63,077 nt of DNA, filler included, from Reclinomonas americana ATCC 50394 (GCA_048213135.1; 20 parts of 20 records of this genome joined end to end with filler, not necessarily neighbours in it), one strand, 5' to 3'. Shown: positions 1 through 12,657, counted from the first letter of the whole stretch. Translations and numbers: made by a program. Notes: a model not told the origin generated them from the letters alone.

Positions 1-287
1 GGACTGTGTGTGTGTGTGCGCGCGTGTGAGTGAGTGTGTGAGAAAGAGAGACACACACTCACACAAAGTGGTGGAACCTCTGGGTTCGTGCGGCGACGAA
101 GAGCGGCGTCGGTCACGCGACCGAGAGTGAGACGGGCAGCGGCGTTCATGTGTGTGTGTGTGTGCTTGTGTGTGTGCGCGCGCGTGAGGGGGCAAAGAAT
201 GAGAGTTCTCGCCGAATGCGGAGATGTGTGAACGGAAAATCCCGGACAACTCCGCGTGCATAAAAAAAGCAAGTGGGAGTGGAAAGA

Positions 288-288
288 G

Positions 289-366
<78 letters not shown>
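288..366 (+). repeat. (CAA)n microsatellite
   Basis: Perfect ACA/CAA run; the poly-Leu in ORF 146..712 comes from it. Confidence 0.95.
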
Positions 367-1490
367 GCCTTACTAATCCAAACAGCAACACAGCTGCATG
401 ATGATCACCATCTTGAGTGAGCACGATCGCGAGAAACTCTTGATCAGACATCACGAATTCGAAAAAAACCGAGAAAAAGTCGATGTGCTGTTGAGCTGGA
501 GGGCAGGTTGTAGAAGGGCGAGGTAGTTGCAGCAATGGTGGGTGCGCGGCAAGACCAAAAGAATTCGAATTCGAGATGAAAATGCGCAGCGTTCTGTAAA
601 TTCTGCATTGCCAGAAAGCGAACGCAGGATAGTACACGGTGAGCAATTCCTTTTTACAGCTTGTCAGTTCAGTAAACCTCACGTGTACACAAATCCCCTG
701 TCCGCTGATCAACCAACCACCACGGAAGTGCCAACCAGGTGGCTTGCTCTCGTAAGAGAGGAAGCCTACAGAAGCAAGGAACTGAAGGAGAGGACACTAC
801 AGTTATGGATTGTCCTCGACTTCGTGTTCCGCAGCTCAACACTTCCATCAAAGCAGGCTAGTGCACCCGCATGCGACCACCACTATCAATCGATATCGCC
901 GCCCCGTGGTAAGCGCAGGGAGTAAAACATCCTCTCTTGTTTTGGTCATGAACTGCAAGACAGCTGCTGCTTGTTTGTTGGTAAATGCATTTTGTTGTTG
1001 CACAAATCCTTGTGTGTACAGAACGGCATGTCGTTCAGGCCAGCAACGGCGCTAGCAGCCGGAACATCGGCAACTGCAAAACGCAAGCGGAGGAAATCGA
1101 AGTCCAAGTCCAGCTGCGAATCAGCATCGCGCGGATGTGAGCGTAAGAAAACAGCGACGTTGAGAATATTGCACGCCTGTTCGTTGTGTAGACCCCACAA
1201 TCCATTGATCGGCTGAAGCAGGCCCACACACTCACGCCACCACAATGAGCGCCCGCCGCCCCAACGTAAGCCTAACGACACACACTCTCTCTGTCTTGTT
1301 GACACACTCGCTGACATTGTGTGTGTGTGTTTGTGTGTGCGCGTTTGTGCGCGCGTGTGTGTTGTGTGTTGTGTGTTTGTGTGTGTGTGTGTGCGTGTGT
1401 GTGTGTGTATGTGTGTGTGTGTATATGTGCGTGTGTGTGTGCGTGTGTGTGCGCGTGTGTTGTTACAGAGCGGCATGTCGTCCAACGGTG

Positions 1491-1590
1491 NNNNNNNNNN
1501 NNNNNNNNNNNNNNNNNNNNNNNNNNNNNNNNNNTTAATTAATTAANNNNNNNNNNNNNNNNNNNNNNNNNNNNNNNNNNNNNNNNNNNN
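1491..1590. other. Artificial scaffold-gap spacer N44-TTAATTAATTAA-N44 (first of 19; others start at 4295, 8345, 11318, 14694, 16701, 18638, 23657, 27169, 31332, 34268, 35983, 37285, 41165, 45991, 52095, 54450, 60206, 61706)
   Basis: Identical 100-nt spacer with stops in all six frames; genes such as CAF1, NCS-1 and AP5M continue on both sides. Confidence 0.98.
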
Positions 1591-1670
<80 letters not shown>

Positions 1671-2477
1671 CACACACTCTCTCTCCCGTTGCTCTCTTTC
1701 TTGTGTTTTGCTGTGTCGTCTTCCGCTTACTGTCTCCCTCAGTTTGTATGTGTGAGCTGTTGTCTGCTTTGCTGTTTGTGCGCGCGCTCTCTTTTGTTGC
1801 TCTCTGTGCGTTAGTCTCTTGTTTGTCTGAGGTTTATGTTTGTGTGTGTCTCTCTCTTTGATGCTCGTTCTCATTGCGCGCGCTCTCCTTGTTGTCTTTG
1901 TTGCTCTCTGTCTGTCCCCCTCACGCAATCCTCTTGTCTCGTTATTGTCTGCTATGTTGCCTTCCTCTGACTCTTTCTGTGTCGACCAGTGTGAGCTGTT
2001 GTCTGCTTTGTTGTGTCTTACGCGGCGTGTGTGCGCGCGCTCTCGGCTCTCTGCGCACCACATATTGTTTGTTTGAGAGGCGTGTGTCTTTCTGACATTT
2101 CTGGCCCATTCTCACACTCACGCGCCACTCCTTTCGTGTTTGTTGTCTCGCATTCTTGCTGTTGTCTTGTTGCTCTCCTGTACTTGCTTTTCTGCCTATT
2201 CACATGCGCTCTCCAACACGCTCGCATCTTGCCTTGCATAGGGGCGTGCCGTTGTCATCGTGCAGAGCTCGAATCGTAGTATGGTTTCTCTGGAAAACTC
2301 TCTTCTCTCTCTCTCGCTGCACTCGCTCCTCTCCCTCGCTGCACTCGCTCCTCTACCCCGCTCCTCCCACCTTTTCCTTTCCCCTTTACCTCCCTCCTCC
2401 TCTTCTCACCTTCTCCTCCCCCCCCTTTACCTCCCTCCCCGCATCTCACCTTCTCCTTTTGCCCTCCCCCCACCCAG

Positions 2478-4037
2478 GAACAATTCCGACGAATCCGCGA
2501 ACTCGTCGACGACTTCCCCTACATTGCCATGGTTCGCACTCCCCTCATCCCTTCCCCTTCCACCCCTTCCCTCTCACCCTCTTCCCCCCTTCCCAACAGG
2601 ACACCGAATTCCCCGGCGTCGTCGCCCGACCCGTCGGCAACTTCTCCAACTCCATGGAGTACAACTACCACAAGATGAAGTGCAACGTCAACCTCCTCAA
2701 ACTCATCCAACTCGGCCTCACCTTCTCCGACGCCCTCGGCAACCACCCACCAGGCCCCTACACGTGGCAATTCAACTTCAAGTTCTCGCTGAAGGAGGAC
2801 ATGTACGCGCAGGACTCGATCGACCTGCTGACGCACTCGGGCATCAACTTTGAGGCGCACAACGACCGAGGCATCGACTTGGCGCACTTTGCCGAGCTGC
2901 TGATGTCGTCGGGAGTGGTGCTCAACTCGGACGTCCGGTGGATCTCGTTCCACTCGGGCTACGACTTTGGCTACCTCATCAATTTGCTGACGTGCCAGGA
3001 TTTGCCGCAGGCGGAGAGCGAGTTCTTCGATTTGCTGCACACGTATTTCCCGTGTGTGTACGACGTCAAGTATTTGGTCGAGTGCTGCGATTCGTTGAAG
3101 AAGGGTGGTTTGAATCAGCTGGCCGAGGATTTGCATGTGGAGAGAATTGGTGAGTGGAGGGAAGAGAGGGGCAAGGGATGAGGGAGGAAGGGGAGGGGGA
3201 AGGGAGAAGGGGGAGGGACGAGAGTAGGAGGACCAGGGGGGGGGGGCAATGTGGAGTGTTCGCTGGATTAGTCTGGTTGAGAATTGCACATTTCTTTCTA
3301 TCTCTTTAATCATTTTTTTGAAGGAGACGTTGCAGTGGTGTTTGTTTTCTCCTTTTCTCCTGTGCGGGGTTGCGACTCTGGATGAGTGTGGCCAATTCAA
3401 TCACTTGCTTGTATTCTTTCTGAGTCATGTGCCCGAGACGAGGGGAGTGAGAGGATTCATTTTCTTGGTCCTCTTCTGTCTCTTGTATTCTTTGTCTATT
3501 GTAATCACATTTGAGGACAAGCTTTCGTTGCTCCGTTGTGTTGCGAGATTGAGATGAGGGGCGTGCGCATTGACCTTTTCTGTCAACAAGATTCTTCGTT
3601 CTTCTCAGAGGAGCGAGATTTGTTGCGCGAATTAATTTGCTTGGTTTCTACTCTCTCTCTCTCATTCGTTCTTTCTGTTTCTTTCGCACTCTTGTCGTAT
3701 TGTTTGAGATGGCATCTTCCCCTCTCCCGTTGTGTTTCTGCGAGTGAAATGACGGGGTTTCGAATGCGTTGCACGTGCTCTCCCTCTCTCTCTCTCGTCA
3801 TCTTTCGAGGAGGCATATGGTATTTTCTCTTCTGTCGTCGTCTGAGATGCAGATGAGGAGTGTGTGTCTTTGCTTGCGTGTGGGGTTTCTCTCAGTTTCT
3901 TTCTCCTCTTGGCGTCAGAAGGAGTGAGATTTGTCGCGAGAATTAACTTGCCTGCTGTCTTCCTCTCTCTCGCTGTCTGTCTGTCTGTCTATCTGTCTGT
4001 CTCTCTCTCTCTCTCTCACTCTCTCTCTCTCTCTCGC

Positions 4038-4100
<63 letters not shown>

Positions 4101-4117
4101 ATGTCTGTCTGTCTGTA

Positions 4118-4154
<37 letters not shown>

Positions 4155-4199
4155 GGCTCACTGTCTCTCCGTCTCTCTCTCACTCTCTCTCTCTCTCGC

Positions 4200-4294
<95 letters not shown>

Positions 4295-4401
4295 NNNNNN
4301 NNNNNNNNNNNNNNNNNNNNNNNNNNNNNNNNNNNNNNTTAATTAATTAANNNNNNNNNNNNNNNNNNNNNNNNNNNNNNNNNNNNNNNNNNNNCGTACT
4401 A

Positions 4402-4442
<41 letters not shown>

Positions 4443-4688
4443 TGTTTTCTCATTCTCATTTTAAAAACTAACTTCCCTTTCCCCTCCCTTCCCCCACCCT
4501 TCCCCTTCTCCGCAGGCCCGATGCACCAAGCCGGCTCCGACTCGCTGCTCACCTGCCAAACATTTTTCAAACTGATCCGCACATTTTTCGAGAACAAGCT
4601 CGACGAGGAGAAATTCTGCGGCTACCTGTACGGCCTGTCGGATCCGCCGCCCGATGTGCGCGGCGACAGGACATACTCGCAGTTCTGA
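2478..4688 (+). CDS. CAF1: CCR4-NOT deadenylase subunit CAF1/POP2 (CNOT7/8), DEDD nuclease; 5' end not found
   Basis: GT-AG exons 2478-2531 (EQFRRIRELVDDFPYIAM), 2600-3149 (DTEFPGVVARP...WQFNFKF...FHSGYDFGYL...YDVKYL) and 4516-4688 (PMHQAGSDSLLT...YLYGL...stop) join in frame with the CAF1 motifs. Confidence 0.97.
3975..4294 (+). repeat. (TGTC)n/(CT)n microsatellite in CAF1 intron
   Basis: Long TGTC tetranucleotide runs interspersed with CT. Confidence 0.95.
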
Positions 4689-5852
4689 GTCGGCGGAATT
4701 TGACGGCGGGGACTGCGTGGTGGAGGGGTGGGGATGAACAAGAGCACAGGCAAGCATGAATTGTGTGCGCGCTTCGGTGAATGTATACTTGTGGAGCGTG
4801 ATGCGAATGCCCGCCAGTGGGAGAGGGAGAGGGGGAGAGAGAAGGCGGGGTAACCCCTGGATCGCATCAATGTCAGCACTCGCAACTGCGGAGGGCGTCC
4901 TTGCTTGAGAACTCTGCTTTCACTACAATTTGCTTGCCCTTGCATGATGTACGCCGGCAGCTCGGCCAGTGAGCCCGCTGCTTGACGGAGTCTCTCCGTC
5001 AGTCTGTCGCCTGCTGCACTTTCTCTCATTGCACAGCGCAACAGCGCCAAGTTGAAGCCTCTCCCATTCCTGCAGCGAGTATGAGCTCCTCGCCTCACAG
5101 AGTCTCGTGCCTTACTTCACCGATCCGTACCTGTCGCCTCGCCCGCTGCACAGAGAATGAGCTCGTGGCTCCAGACTCGTCCATCAAACCATTGGAACAT
5201 GCTGAATTTTGTCGCCGCTGCAGGTTCGAACCGCCTGTTGCTGCTCCCAGTAATCTCACAGCGTGACCAGGCACCATGTTCATCGCATGGCCTGCTGCAA
5301 GTGTCAGAGCTCCTCCTCCCGTAAACATCGCTCTCAAAACAACACACCTTTCCTGTACGAGCGACCAGATCTTGCGTCCTCTCGGGTGTTTCACCTGCTG
5401 CACCAACTTCTCGCCACTGGAGCAGCATGTCAGAGCTCACCGCCTCACTCGCACTGCCTCGTAACACAACTCACCATTCCTTCTTCAGCAGCGAGGTCGT
5501 GCACTGTGTCGTCTTACCAGCATAAGCTCACCGCCTCACCATCTCACAGCACATCAAACACCGCACCTTCCTTCACCATTCTCCCGGGCGATTCACACCT
5601 GCAGCACAAGCTCAGTCCTGCTGCGTCTCACGCAGCCGCAAGTCGAGCTTTGCCTGATTCGTACATGTCAGAGCTCACCGACTCACCAGAACTATCTCAC
5701 AATGAGACCCACCATTGCACCAAGAGCCAGCTGTCACCGTTTTCCACCTGCTGCGTCTGAGCCAATCTTCCCACTCTGCACACCTGCTTCAACCTGTCAG
5801 ATCCCCTCATCCTCCTCCTTTTCCCCTTGCCCCCTCTTCCCACTCACCTCCC

Positions 5853-6368
5853 TCACAACCCCAGCACCCACCCATACCGTGCCCTCACTCTCGCCTGCCT
5901 CCTCTTCTCCTCCTCCTCCTTTTCCTCCTTCCCCTCCACCCCCGGAGTTGCCACCGCCAAATGCAACACCTGTCTCATCTCCGTCGGCGTGCGGTTCCTC
6001 AACCGCTGCGCCACACTCTCACACAGCGCCTCAAACAGCCACGGAATATCGATAAAGTTCACGAGTTCCAGAACCTGACACACGCGACGCACATCCCACT
6101 GCTGCAGCAGAGTTCGCGCGCTTTCTCCAGCTGATGGCTGCAGCAGTCGAAGGAGGTGACGCATGGTGTGCGCGGAGCCGACGGGGATGGCGACGTGTGA
6201 GTCATCTTCTTCTGGGGAGGGAGATTGTTCTTCTTGTTCTTCGTCGTTGTGAGTGTTGGTGGCGGCGGCGAGGAAGAGAGAGTGGGCGGTAACGAGTGGG
6301 AGAGGGACGGCGAGGGTGGAGTCGTCGGTGGTGAAGAGGAGGCGGAGGGTGCGTGCGCTGGTGGTCAT
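5853..6368 (-). CDS. Divergent Skp1-like (BTB/POZ plus Skp1 dimerisation domain) protein, intronless
   Basis: MTTSARTLRLLFTTDDS...VLELVNFIDIPWLFEALCESVAQRLRNRTPTEMRQVL...RVRARYGW resembles the Skp1 C-terminus ([34 protein letters not shown]...ENQW). Confidence 0.75.
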   Translation of the reverse strand: MTTSARTLRLLFTTDDSTLAVPLPLVTAHSLFLAAATNTHNDEEQEEQSPSPEEDDSHVAIPVGSAHTMRHLLRLLQPSAGESARTLLQQWDVRRVCQVLELVNFIDIPWLFEALCESVAQRLRNRTPTEMRQVLHLAVATPGVEGKEEKEEEEKRRQARVRARYGWVLGL

Positions 6369-9294
6369 TGTGTTGACTGAGTGGTGGGACGAGTGTGGGA
6401 CGAATGGTGGGCGAGTGAGGGGGAAGTGGGGCAAAGGGGAAGTGGAGGAGGGAGGGGAGAGGGAGGGAAGGGGAGGAGGAGGGTTGAAGAGTTTGAGAGC
6501 TTCAGCGAAGTCACGCTCGCGATCGCGCTCGCTGCGAGATCTGCGCATGCAGAGTGCAAAGACAAGACAGAGAGAAGAAAGGTGTGTGCAGCTGTGTGCG
6601 TACAGAAAAGGGGATGTGCTGGTGGGGAGAATGAGCTCGATTGGCAGAGGATCTGGAGGTCGAAGTTGGGTGTGATATCGAAAAAACAAATATTGCCTTT
6701 TCTGTTGAAGGCACTGGTGGGGCAGCCGCAGCTCGATGAGGAGAGCAGAGGAGAGGGGACACAGAGGGTGCGCCGCAGCGTGAGCACAAGCAAGCAAAAG
6801 CGGAAGGCGAGCGAGCGCGCGAGAGAGAGATCGAGAAAACGATGACTTTGTACGCCGTGAATGCATGCGGAGCGCTGCTGGGGCAGCTTCAGCCTGGCGA
6901 GGAGAGCACAGGAGAGGGGGCATAGAGGATGCACAGTGGCGAGAGCACACGCAGGAGAGGCGACATTGAAGCAGAAGAGAGAGAAACATGTGTTTGAACA
7001 CAGGCGCCTTGAAAACAGCTCTGTAACGGCAGCTGAACAGAGTTGAGAAGGGCTAAAGAGTACATGGGGGCACGGGCGAGTAAGCAGAGGGAGCGAGAGA
7101 CGCAAAGCAAGCAAAAAACTGGTGACGTCGAACGTCGGAATATTCCACTGCATGCAGCTTCTGCAGGAATCGACAGGGGCACTGCTGCAAGCCACTCTGT
7201 GGTGGTCTGTGTCAAGGGCACCGGTGGCCAGCGCATCGAGGTGCAGCGGAACGTGCATGCATCTTGATCACGCGTACCGATTGTGCTTGCAGTTGTCTAG
7301 CGCCACTTGCTGCAGCTGCCCACTCGCGGTGCCATTCTTGGGCGGAGAACGCACCCTGAATTGGTCGGTCCACAATGGTCCAGACTGCAGGCCGAGAATA
7401 GGCCTGCGGCCCACACTGCTGTTTGCAGGAGGTCCTGGACGCATTTGAGCTAAATATACACCTGTTCGCTTTATCTCTCCCCTCTCTCACGCGCGCACAC
7501 AGTGCACTCAGTCTCACTCTGCAATCTAACAATGGCCGCCTCTGCATCATCGTTGTCTGCGTTGCCACGTGCAGACGCGGATTATCTGTGTGGTGAGTGA
7601 GTGGATGAAAGAGGCATGCATGTACACTGAAAATGTGGGTGACTGTGCGGGTGTTGAGAGAGAGAGAGAGAAAGAGAGAGAAAAGAGGGGGAAAGGGAGG
7701 GGAGCTGAGTGGGATGAGAGGAAGGTGCACAAGAAGTCAGTGGAGACTGATGACAGATAATGAAAGAAAGAAAAGAGAGAGAAAGAGAGAGGAGGCGAGA
7801 CAGGCTGACTGGAGACAGGAGACCGATACAGAGAGGGGGAAGAGAGAGTGAAGAGAAGAGAGAGAGATAGGCAGAGACGGGGACGGAGAAAGACAGAAGA
7901 GAAGAGAAGAGAAGAGAAGTGAAGAGATGAGAAGATAAAGAGAAGAGAAGAAAAGAGAAGAGAGAAGAGAAGTGAAGAGAAGAGAAAGAGAGAAGAGAAG
8001 AGAACAGAGATGGAGCAGGAGGAGAAGAGAAGAGAAGGGAAGAGAAGAGAAAGAGAGAAGAGAAGAGAACAGAGATGGAGCAGGAGGAGAAGAGAAGAGA
8101 AGAGAACAGAGATGGAGCAGGAGGAGAAGGAAGCAGTTGGGTGAACGGCAGCACGATGCATAGGAGGCAGATGGACAAGTAGATGAAGAGAGGGAAGGCA
8201 AGCTTCTTCTTCCTGTCTCCTACAAAGGATGTCTATCTCTCATGTACTTGTCCATCTGCATTCCATGCTTCTTGCTGACATTGTTTCCTTCTCCACCTGC
8301 TTCTCTGTCTCTCTGTCTCTTCTCTGCCTCTCTCTCTCTCTCTCNNNNNNNNNNNNNNNNNNNNNNNNNNNNNNNNNNNNNNNNNNNNTTAATTAATTAA
8401 NNNNNNNNNNNNNNNNNNNNNNNNNNNNNNNNNNNNNNNNNNNNATAAGGCAGGAATTAGGGGATGCGAGAGTGTCGACTTTCGGGTCGTGTATTTGCAC
8501 AACTGGTTGATGTTGCGTGAGAATGTGTGAAGAATAGTAACATATGTGAGGGTGAGAGCGATTGACTGCGTCAGACATGAGGGACACTTGCATTTTGTGA
8601 TTGCAGGGTGAGTGACAGGGGTAGAATGCTTCTGTGAAAGGGGGGCAACGTAAATGCATGAGACGAAGAGAGTGCAGGACAGAGGGGTTAATGAGAGAAC
8701 TGCATTCGCTGGATTGCTTGTTGTCATGTGAAAGAGCGCACCTGACCATCGATTGATTGGAGAGTGTTTATAATGACAAGCACAGAGGCGAGAGGAGAAA
8801 TTCTGTTTGTAAGGCTGTTTGTCTCACTCTTGAAGAGTGGGAGATGCATAGAGAGGTTGTGAATTCGTCGCTGCAGTGGGCGGAATGACAAAGAAGGCCT
8901 TCCCTCATTCACATTCTGCTTCTGCTCACAGCGGTCTCGACGACTCCAACAACATCGCCGCCGTGGCAAGTGCACGTTACGTCTGAGTTTGGAATTCTCA
9001 GCCTGTTCAATACTCTGACTTCATCCTTGCCCCGATTGCAGTGGTCGCCAAGCACCAGCAAAAACTACGCGCCACTGGTATGATGCGGCTCTCCAACTCC
9101 AAGTCCAAACCGGATCGGAAGCTGTGGGTGTACTACAAGCAGCGTATCGATTTGTGAAGTAAACAATGACAAAAAGATGAACGGAAGCATGCAGCGTCCT
9201 CCGCTGTTGTGTTGGGCACTCGCTGTTGTCTTTGTACACTCTCAATTCACTCTGTCCTCCATGACAAACCGTAGAGCTGTGTTGTGTGAGCAGA

Positions 9295-9364
9295 ATGGGT
9301 GGAGCTCACAGTAGGTGTGTATGCTTACCGTGCCCGTTACTCCGATCAGTGTGGGCACTCGTGA

Positions 9365-9407
<43 letters not shown>

Positions 9408-9961
9408 TCCCTTCCCCCCCTCCTCTCCCTCCCTCTCTCACACCACCACCCCCACACAGACATAAAGCCTGGGAGTTGGCAATGTACGGCCACATTGACA
9501 CACTGCGCGAGTTGGTCGCGCGCGAGGGCGGCCACACTCTGCTGCAGAGAGCCGACATGGATGGCAATGGCCGCTCAGCATTTCACTGCGCCGCCTGCTT
9601 TGGCCGCCTCCCCTTACTGGAGTATTTGTGGGAGGAGAGTGGTGTCGGCCCACAACTCGCACAGCTGGTCACGGATGACGGGTGGACGCCACTGATGGTG
9701 GCTGCCTCTTCTGGGCATCTGCATGTGGTCGAGTGGTTGCTGGGTGATGAGCGACGATGCGGAGTGCCAGGGGCGGTCTCCAATGATGGAGATCAGTGGA
9801 CTGCGCTGCATATGGCGGCCGCGAATGGTCGCGAAGATGTGGTGCTTCTCCTTGCCACTCGCTTTCCCGACCTCGTTCGTGTGGTGGATAAGCAGGGCAA
9901 GACGGCGGCTCAGGTGGCGCGCGACAAGGGCAAGGAAAGAGTGGCCGAGTTGCTCGACTGA
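9295..9961 (+). CDS. Small ankyrin-repeat protein with predicted N-myristoylation
   Basis: Exon 9295-9314 (MGGAHS-R) splices GT-AG to 9460-9961; ankyrin motifs GRSAFHCAACFG, GWTPLMVAASSGHLHVVEWLL, WTALHMAAANGREDVVLLL, DKQGKTA. Confidence 0.88.
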
Positions 9962-10016
9962 CACCAAGCAGCAGCAGGCGCGGATTGGAGGCCCTCTTCG
10001 CACAGACGCGTTATGA

Positions 10017-10300
10017 GGCTGCATGTGGTGGAGTGGTTGCTGGGTCTCCAATGATGGGGATCAGTGGACTGCGCTGCATATGGCGGCCGCGAATGGTCGC
10101 GAAGATGTGGTGCTTCTCCTCGCCACTCGCTTTCCGATCTCGTTCGTGTGGTGGATAAGGAGGGCAAGACGGCGGCTCAAGTGGCGCGCGACAAGGGCAA
10201 GGAACGAGTGGCCGAGTTGCTCGACTGACTCTCAGCAGTGACAGGCTGTTGTTTGAGTGACACGACTGCTGCTGGAGGCCCTCCTCGCACAGACGCGTTA
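10017..10300 (+). pseudogene. Tandem partial duplicate of the ankyrin gene 3' end and downstream flank
   Basis: Near-identical to about 9718-10013, with an internal deletion and frameshifts. Confidence 0.85.
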
Positions 10301-10679
10301 GTTCTGTCGCGGGGAGGCGGCAAGTGAGTTGTGGAAGGTGTGCACCATCAGCTTCGTCCACTGCATGCTCGACACACGATGCTGGCGTGGAGTTTGGATA
10401 TCACACGTATCTGGTACCGCAGTGAGTGAAAAGGTGAAGGAGTGTAGAAGTGCTTCAGTGACGGTGCCTGGTGCCTTGAGCAATAACCACGGATTGCATT
10501 CAGAAACAGACAGTTTCACTTACATCATACACACTGCGAGAGAGAGATTTCTTCTTGCGTTTCTTGCGACCCTTGTGCTTTCAGCGGAACCCATTACCGC
10601 ACAGCAATATTACACACATGATAGCATAGAGAAGGTAGGCACGCCCCAATAGGTTGGGAAGGTCGTAAATGACACACAC

Positions 10680-12657
10680 TCAAGCCGCCGGGCCACTCAT
10701 GTACTTGTCGAGGAAGTCGAGCACCCGTCGCTGGTATTCTTCGCGGTTGACGTTGTAGACGCTGCAGTGTTGCGCGTTGGTGACAGTCCACAGCTCCTGC
10801 ACGAGTTTTGTTGATAAAGGCGGTGTGAGACTCTCTCAGACTCTCGTCATTGACTGGCCACACCACGACGTTACACTGATGTCCACTACTTTTTCCTGTT
10901 AACCCAACTTGCATCTCACTTCCTCAATGCAACCTCTCACTGATTGAGCGTATGAGTGGGTGTGCTGTTATTTAACAGAGTGAGTCACGCTCGCACTCGC
11001 TCACTCGGCTGTTCTCAGTGTAACGTGCGTGTGAAGGCAAGTGTGTGCCACTCTCTATCACAGTGAGTCACGCTCTCCCTCATCTCCGTCCCTCTCTGTC
11101 GCTCACTCGGCTGCTCTCAGTGTCTGTATGTGAGAGTGTGTGCGTGTGCCACTCTCTATCACAGTGACTCACGCTCTCTCTCATCTCCGTGCCTCTCTCC
11201 CACTCGCTCAGAGTAAGTGTGTGTGAAGGTAAGCGTGTGCCACTCTCTATCACAGAACACACACTCTCTCTCATCTCCTTCTATCTCCTCGCTCCCTCGG
11301 CTGATCTCAGTGCAAAANNNNNNNNNNNNNNNNNNNNNNNNNNNNNNNNNNNNNNNNNNNNTTAATTAATTAANNNNNNNNNNNNNNNNNNNNNNNNNNN
11401 NNNNNNNNNNNNNNNNNAGAGAGAGAGAGAGAGAGAGAGACGGAGAAAGAAAGACAGACAGAGAGAGGGAAAGAGATAGAGAGAGTGAGAGAGACAAAGA
11501 TGGAAGGAAGAAAAGCGACAGAGAGAAAGAGAAAGAGGATGGTGATGCAATAAGGCAAAGAGAGGAACAGATAGAAAGAGAGGGATAGAGACAGCATGGA
11601 AAGAGAAAATGGGAGAGGTGAGGATGAGAGAACAAGGGGAGAGAGAAAGAATTAAGAGAGAGAGAGAGAGAGGAGTGTAGTGGAGTGGCAGAAAAAGAAT
11701 AAGAGACAGAGTGGTAGAGAGAGAAGACGGCGAGAAGCTCGTGGAGCTGGAGGATGAGAGAATCTGGTAAAGAGTCAGACAGTGAGAGAAAGAGAAAGAA
11801 AGTTACGGAGAGGGAGAGAGAGAGAGAGATAGAGAGAGATGATTCGGATGGAGAGGAGACAGAGAGAGAACAGAGAATGAGAGACAGAGATACACAGAGA
11901 GATGATGAACGAATGTTTGGCCGGACAGAGAATGAGGGAATGAGAGCGGAAAGAGTGTGGCAAGTGACGAAACTTGCCGCCGATCATTGCCAGCGCCGTG
12001 CGTCAGAATTACAGCGCGGTCGCACTTGTTCTGGGTGCATGGTACAAACCTGGAGCAAGAGGTGAGTGCCAATGTGCAACATTCATCAAAAAAAGAGACA
12101 TGAAGCGCACCATGCAGAGAGCGACATTTCCGGATCGTGACACGACTGCAGCTCCAAGTCCTCGTATACCAGACCCAGGTCGGAGAGAGGGTCGCGCGTG
12201 TAAATGTACCCCTGGCGGCGCTCTGCCGTGATTCCTGTGGCAACGGTGAGGAGTGGGGGGCAGGACGGAAGGGGAGACAAAGAGGAGGAAGAGAGAGGGA
12301 GATGAGCAAGGGAACGGGAAGATGGCAGGCACAAGGAGATATGATGAGCAGCAGGGAGAAGCACAAATGAGAAGGAGGAATTTGCAAGGGAAGATAGGAG
12401 AGGCTAGGAGGGGGAACGTGTACCGAAGACGACGGAAGAAGGCAGACAGAAAGTCAAACGCGGGAAGACGGTCAAGACACAAACTCATCACTCAACTGGC
12501 AAATTTGCCCGGCACCGTCGGAATCGCATGGAAAGGCGGATACATGACCATGGTCGCCACATGGAACGCCATCAGCAGCGGTCCCACTACGGCCACCACG
12601 GCAAATGCGATTGCACATCGACACATGGAACAGCGCGGCGCCCAACTGCATGATCGA
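10680..12657 (-). CDS. Alpha/beta hydrolase (Hydrolase_4/YqkD-like) with hydrophobic N-terminal segment; middle exons probably in gap, 5' end uncertain
   Basis: Exons 12111-12234 (RDPLSDLGLVYEDLELQSCHDPEMSLSAW), 11974-12049 (FVPC...AVILTHGAGNDRRQ), last exon 10680-10796 (ELWTVTNAQHCSVYNVNREEYQRRVLDFLDK*); upstream LLMAFHVATMVMYPP. Confidence 0.8.

Noticed and set aside
146..1490. ORFs in the first contig
   Set aside because: Driven by CAA and GT repeats; no consistent exon chain or recognisable domain.
1535..1546. Repeated TTAATTAATTAA palindrome as a biological repeat or CRISPR-like array
   Set aside because: Always centred in 100-nt N spacers; an assembly linker.
7547..8201. Long Ser/Leu/Phe or Arg/Glu ORFs (also 12659-13529, 48924-49748, 52603-54399, 59653-60261)
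   Set aside because: Translations of AG/CT/AC low-complexity DNA that lacks stop codons.
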